In this document: piece after piece, positions 6,673 to 10,009 of the stretch | Numbering within the stretch: the first letter of the stretch is position 1 | How the letters are laid out: each line of letters begins with the position of its first letter | Source: Candidatus Eiseniibacteriota bacterium | GTDB lineage: Bacteria; Eisenbacteria; RBG-16-71-46; CAZAMP01 | Direction of reading: 5' to 3' | NCBI GenBank assembly: GCA_965224245.1 | Contig: CBDCYW010000018.1 | Coordinates: 1-10,009, forward strand | DNA length: 10,009 nt | Made by a program: the position numbers and the translations under genes | The notes under the pieces: generated by a model | Seen by the model: only the letters and a program-made list of their open reading frames with translations | What the model was told of the DNA's origin: nothing | Databases searched by the model: none

Positions 6673-7380
6673 TCAGTCGGCGGAGTAGATATTCCTGATC
6701 GAGCCCCAGCTACCCTCCTTGACTGGGACGGCACAGAGATAGCCGCACGTCGCCACGCCCATACCACCGCCGATCGTCGCGTCACCGATGCCCATCGCCT
6801 GACGGCATATCCGGGAGATCGACTCGTCGCAGGCAGTTGCATGCGCCTGGCCGATGCGTGGGTCTTCGACAACGCGGATGAGTCCCGCCGAGCCTTGGGT
6901 GAGGATGAAGAGGCCGACCTTCGTGACGCCATCAGGGTTGTCCGTGACGAGGTAGCACCCGCCGGGCCACCTCACATCGTTGCCTGTGCCGGTGTCCGGC
7001 CAGACGCCATCAATTGGGTCGGCCTGGGGGCTCTCGGTGCCGCCGGTGCAGAGAAACCAAGTCATGTCAACGGTGGAGTCGTACTCGATTCCAAACTGAA
7101 GACCACCGATGCCGCCGGGAGCGCCAGGGCCTGAGCCATCCGGAACGCCGCCAATGACGACCCAGGCGAAGTTCGGCTCGAACTCACCCACGTCGATCCC
7201 GTTGGGATTGAGAACCCAGCACCTCAGAGCGCCGTCCGACACGGTTCCTTCGGTGCACCCGAGATACGACGGCTCCGTGAAGTGCAGATCCAGCGTATAC
7301 GGGAACTCATCAGCAGCCATGATGGGCGTGGGCAGGGTGAGCACGCCAACGGTGATCCAGACGATAGACTTGGAACTCAT
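6673..7380 (-). CDS. Secreted Cys/Gly-rich protein with C-terminal 'PV...SWG.I+..Y' motif, 235 aa
   Basis: ATG 7380 with GGAG 8 nt upstream is preferred over GTG 7389. Signal peptide MSSKSIVWITVGVLTLPTPIMA; GIGGLQFGIEY core; several Cys; ends CAVPVKEGSWGSIRNIYSAD. Confidence 0.8.
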   Translation of the reverse strand: MSSKSIVWITVGVLTLPTPIMAADEFPYTLDLHFTEPSYLGCTEGTVSDGALRCWVLNPNGIDVGEFEPNFAWVVIGGVPDGSGPGAPGGIGGLQFGIEYDSTVDMTWFLCTGGTESPQADPIDGVWPDTGTGNDVRWPGGCYLVTDNPDGVTKVGLFILTQGSAGLIRVVEDPRIGQAHATACDESISRICRQAMGIGDATIGGGMGVATCGYLCAVPVKEGSWGSIRNIYSAD

Positions 7381-7416
7381 CGACCTCACTCCAATGTTTT
7401 GTTGAACTCCCGCAGA

Positions 7417-7676
7417 GTCTATCGCGCGGCCACAATAGAAGGCTAGACCGACCTGCCTAGCCTTCGGTCTAGTATCCTCGACCTCTGTAACTCTTTATAA
7501 TATATATATTTATATAGAAGGAAGACAGGAGGACTAGACGATAGACGTGGGGCAAGGGCGGATGCAACGAGTGGGCGGGAGAGGGTCTACTGTGGTCTAG
7601 TGTCTAGTCGGGGACCCATCTCGTTCAGGCGCATAGCGTTAGAGGCTAGACGGTCGCTGTCTAGCAGTTGGTCTAC
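7417..7676. other. Candidate replication origin (iterons + A/T-rich unwinding element)
   Basis: GTCTA or TAGAC at 7417, 7444, 7467, 7535, 7542, 7585, 7595, 7602, 7647, 7659, 7671. Pure A/T run TTTATAATATATATATTTATATA at 7494-7516. Non-coding and directly downstream of the replication gene. Confidence 0.75.
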
Positions 7677-7699
7677 TCCGGCGCCCGACGGGCTCGGCG

Positions 7700-9548
7700 T
7701 TACCTCGTCGGCCAGAACCTCACCCCGCGCCGGATACCGTGTCCGCCGGCACCTCGCCAGTCCGGCAGGCCGGCCTTGACTTCGCCCGCCTCGATTTCGA
7801 CATCGAGGATCGGTGGCAGAGTCCGCGCGTCAGCCCATTTCAGCCCCTGATAGAGCGCCGTTGCTCCGGCCCCTGGGTTTCGCCCCAGGAAACCCCGTAG
7901 TGACGCGCGACGCTTCGCCGTCAAGTCGCGCGGATCGGCTGTCCCGATCAGCCGATCCGCGTGTTCGAGGAATAGGTCTCGGATGAACGAGACGAGCTTG
8001 CACGCGGTTCGGACGTGCTCTCGGTCGATCGTGAACGCGTTGGGATCGGGCATGTCGGGGTACTCGCTGGCAATCGCGAATAGGATCGCGATCTTCCACA
8101 CGTAGCTTTCCATGCGTCCAAAGATGGCACCGAAAAGCTCGGGGTTGGCGCTGCGCGCCAGGCGTGCGTGGTGCTCGATCCGCCACGCCTCGAAGTGCTC
8201 GCCAACCTCTTTCGTCATCCTCCAAACGCACGGCTTCGTCATCCCACTCGTGAGCGTGAACAACTCAGCCGCGTAGCTTTCGAGTCGATCTTCGGCGGCC
8301 TGATCCGGCTCGGGCAGGCTCCATAGCTCGGGCTCGGGTTGTCGCGGGGTCGGCAGCACGTACAGGAACCGATCTGCAAACCCCTGCCCGAAGTGCGCTT
8401 CGGTCAAGCTGTCGCGAAACCACCCGAATGGCGCATTCCCGATGATCGACACGAGCGAGTCATCGACGCTGACGGCATCGGTTCCTGTTCGCCGGCCGAT
8501 CGGTCCACCGTCGAACGCGCTCGCAAGTTCCTGTTGAAGTCCCGCGTGTGAGTCGCGTTGGAGCACTTTAAACAGACGTGTGAGTTCATCCTGGACCCAG
8601 AAGCCCGACGTTGTTTGGCGCCTCGACAAGCGACTTGATGAACCCGACGGGTGAGATATCGCCAGGAAGCACCCTGCCCGGTGCCGCTCGGCGGACCATT
8701 CGCGACGCGCGACCGGTCGCTGTGCTCTTGTGGTAGTTCGTCGATGGCGCGACGATCGCGATCCAGAGTGACGGAAAAACCGGGCGTCGCCCGTACCACC
8801 CAACGCCAAACGCCCGCCCTAAGCACGCCGACAGCAGCGTCAGCGCGGCCATGAGATGGAACATCTTCGGCGCGGCGGTCGTGCCCTCGATCGTGCGCAT
8901 GTACTCCCCCACAAACGCGGCCGTGGGGTAGTCGGTGAACTCCCGCGTAAACGCGTCGAGTCGCGCCACGGTGACCACGCCACGCGGAGCGGTCGTGCCT
9001 CCTTTGGCCGCCTCAACTGCGTCGAGGGCTATGCGCCACCTGTCGAGTTCGACGTCTATGATCGCGCCGACATCGACGTTTCCGGGACAGACGCTCGACA
9101 ATCGGTCCAAAGTCTCGGCCGTGTCCCGCGTGAGCAATCGAAGTGCGTGCGCGTCGAGCACGCGACGCCATGCGGCTGAAACCTGTCCGCGCTGAATGTC
9201 GTCGGATTGCTCACTGTACGCTTCCAAGAGCTGCACGACGAAGCCACCGGGATTGTCGCGATGCCCGGTGACGATCTCGTCACGGTCGACGCGATCTCGG
9301 ATAGACTGCCAGTTACCGACGGTCCCCCCAGCGTCTCGAATTGAACGCGCCGCAATCACGACCGCTCGTGGCGCGGCCGTCGCGAATAGATCCTCGGTGA
9401 TCGGGTGATTGTCGGTGATCCTGGCCAGCTTCTCGGGATAGAACGCGAACGCGATGGCGACGCGCCACTCCGAGGGTTCGTCTCGGAAGGTCTCGACGCT
9501 GCCGTGCGGCGCGGCCGTCGCGCGTTGCGCGATCACTTGGGGTGTCAT
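7700..9548 (-). pseudogene. DnaB-N-like + DUF3987/YfjI-family P-loop replication protein, split by a +1 frameshift (about 615 aa if repaired)
   Basis: 5' ORF: DnaB-N-like SEWRVAIAF..YPE...ITEDLF...RAVVIAARSI..., then APKMFHLMAALTLLSACLG...LWIAIVAPSTNYHKST (Walker A-like). 3' ORF: QDEL...AFDG...RRT...VSIIGN...GFADRFLYV. Deleting one base near 8596-8602 gives GLLVQDE (Walker B). Start ATG 9548 (ATGA-coupled) or 9557. Confidence 0.8.
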
Positions 9549-9643
9549 AGCTTCCATGCCGCGCCCAGGACCGCCAGCTCTGCGTCCAGAGATCGCGGCG
9601 GCAGGCCAGCATGCACCTCAACGCCCGTCACGTTGCTGAGCAT
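9545..9643 (-). CDS. 32-aa mini-ORF with DnaB N-terminal helix motif (not in the ORF track)
   Basis: GGAG 5 nt before ATG 9643: MLSNVTGVEVHAGLPPRSLDAELAVLGAAWKL*. Its TGA overlaps ATG 9548 of the replication gene. Confidence 0.5.
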   Translation of the reverse strand: MLSNVTGVEVHAGLPPRSLDAELAVLGAAWKL

Positions 9644-9842
9644 CCCGACTCCGCTCGCGCAAGTATCGAAAGAACAGGCCCTCATCGACGAGGTAACGGC
9701 GGCCGAACGGGACCAAAGCGCCCGAGGCGATGAGAGCCCCTTTCTCGTTGAACAGGAGGTGATAGAGCGACACAGGGCACCGGCCCGATCGCCGAAACTC
9801 GGCGAGGGGTATGAGCGGCTCGCGACTCGACCTGGTTTCCAT
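9618..9842 (-). CDS. Small AlpA/excisionase-like DNA-binding protein, 74 aa
   Basis: Strong SD GGAGG. LIPLAEF...SLYHLLF...LIASGAL..FGRRYLVDE..F..YL fits a winged-HTH pattern. Located just upstream of the replication gene. Confidence 0.7.
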   Translation of the reverse strand: METRSSREPLIPLAEFRRSGRCPVSLYHLLFNEKGALIASGALVPFGRRYLVDEGLFFRYLRERSRDAQQRDGR

Positions 9843-9925
9843 GGATGTATCCTCCGTTAGCGTTCGTGGGCGAAGTTCTGAGTCTTCGCACGAAACCTAC
9901 GGAAGCTCGCCTACTGTTTCCGAAC

Positions 9926-9958
9926 GCGGGTGAAGCGGGTTTGGCGGGTTTGGCGGGT
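9926..9958. repeat. Four GCGGGT direct repeats with 9-bp period upstream of the AlpA-like gene
   Basis: GCGGGT at 9926, 9935, 9944 and 9953. Confidence 0.85.
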
Positions 9959-10009
9959 AATACCGTCCCTCAAGGGACGCGGTCAGGGCGGGGATACCGG
10001 GTAGATACT

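Noticed and set aside
2213-7380. Integron cassette array (co-oriented cargo genes near a tyrosine recombinase)
   Set aside because: No RYYYAAC...GTTRRRY attC structures found after the genes, and the recombinase lacks an evident IntI-specific insertion.
7417-7676. CRISPR array or simple microsatellite
   Set aside because: Repeats are 5-6 bp, in both orientations and irregularly spaced; no repeat-spacer periodicity and no cas genes.
8606-8809. N-terminus of the 369-aa ORF 7700..8809 as an independent gene
   Set aside because: Out-of-frame overlap with the Walker A region; protein-like sequence begins only near VQDE, supporting a frameshift instead.
573-9860. Numerous plus-strand ORFs outside the IS (e.g. 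573..1313, 2176..2655, 6580..7134, 9405..9860)
   Set aside because: Antisense to well-supported minus-strand genes, with no recognisable motifs; expected at this GC content.

Overview
GC-rich accessory region with nearly all real genes on the minus strand. Read right to left it looks like a phage satellite or PICI-like integrative element: a small AlpA/Xis-like DNA-binding gene (9618-9842) under a 9-bp tandem-repeat array, a 32-aa mini-ORF with a DnaB N-terminal motif, a DnaB-N + DUF3987/YfjI-type replication gene split by a +1 frameshift (7700-9548), and a candidate origin (11 GTCTA/TAGAC iterons around a 23-bp pure A/T tract, 7417-7676). A cargo block follows: two secreted proteins, a small membrane protein and two PD-(D/E)xK-like nuclease candidates. 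Then come a second Xis-like HTH gene with its own 9-bp repeat array, a frameshifted TerS/DUF5681-like gene, and a tyrosine recombinase + RHH (ParB-C-like) pair behind a nested inverted repeat. An intact IS3-family element (4113-5361, 24-bp IRs, ACCT target duplication) sits at the 5' end of one nuclease-like gene. The secreted proteins suggest an FCB-group host such as Eisenbacteria or Latescibacteria (inference). All family calls come from motif recognition by eye; no database search was run.
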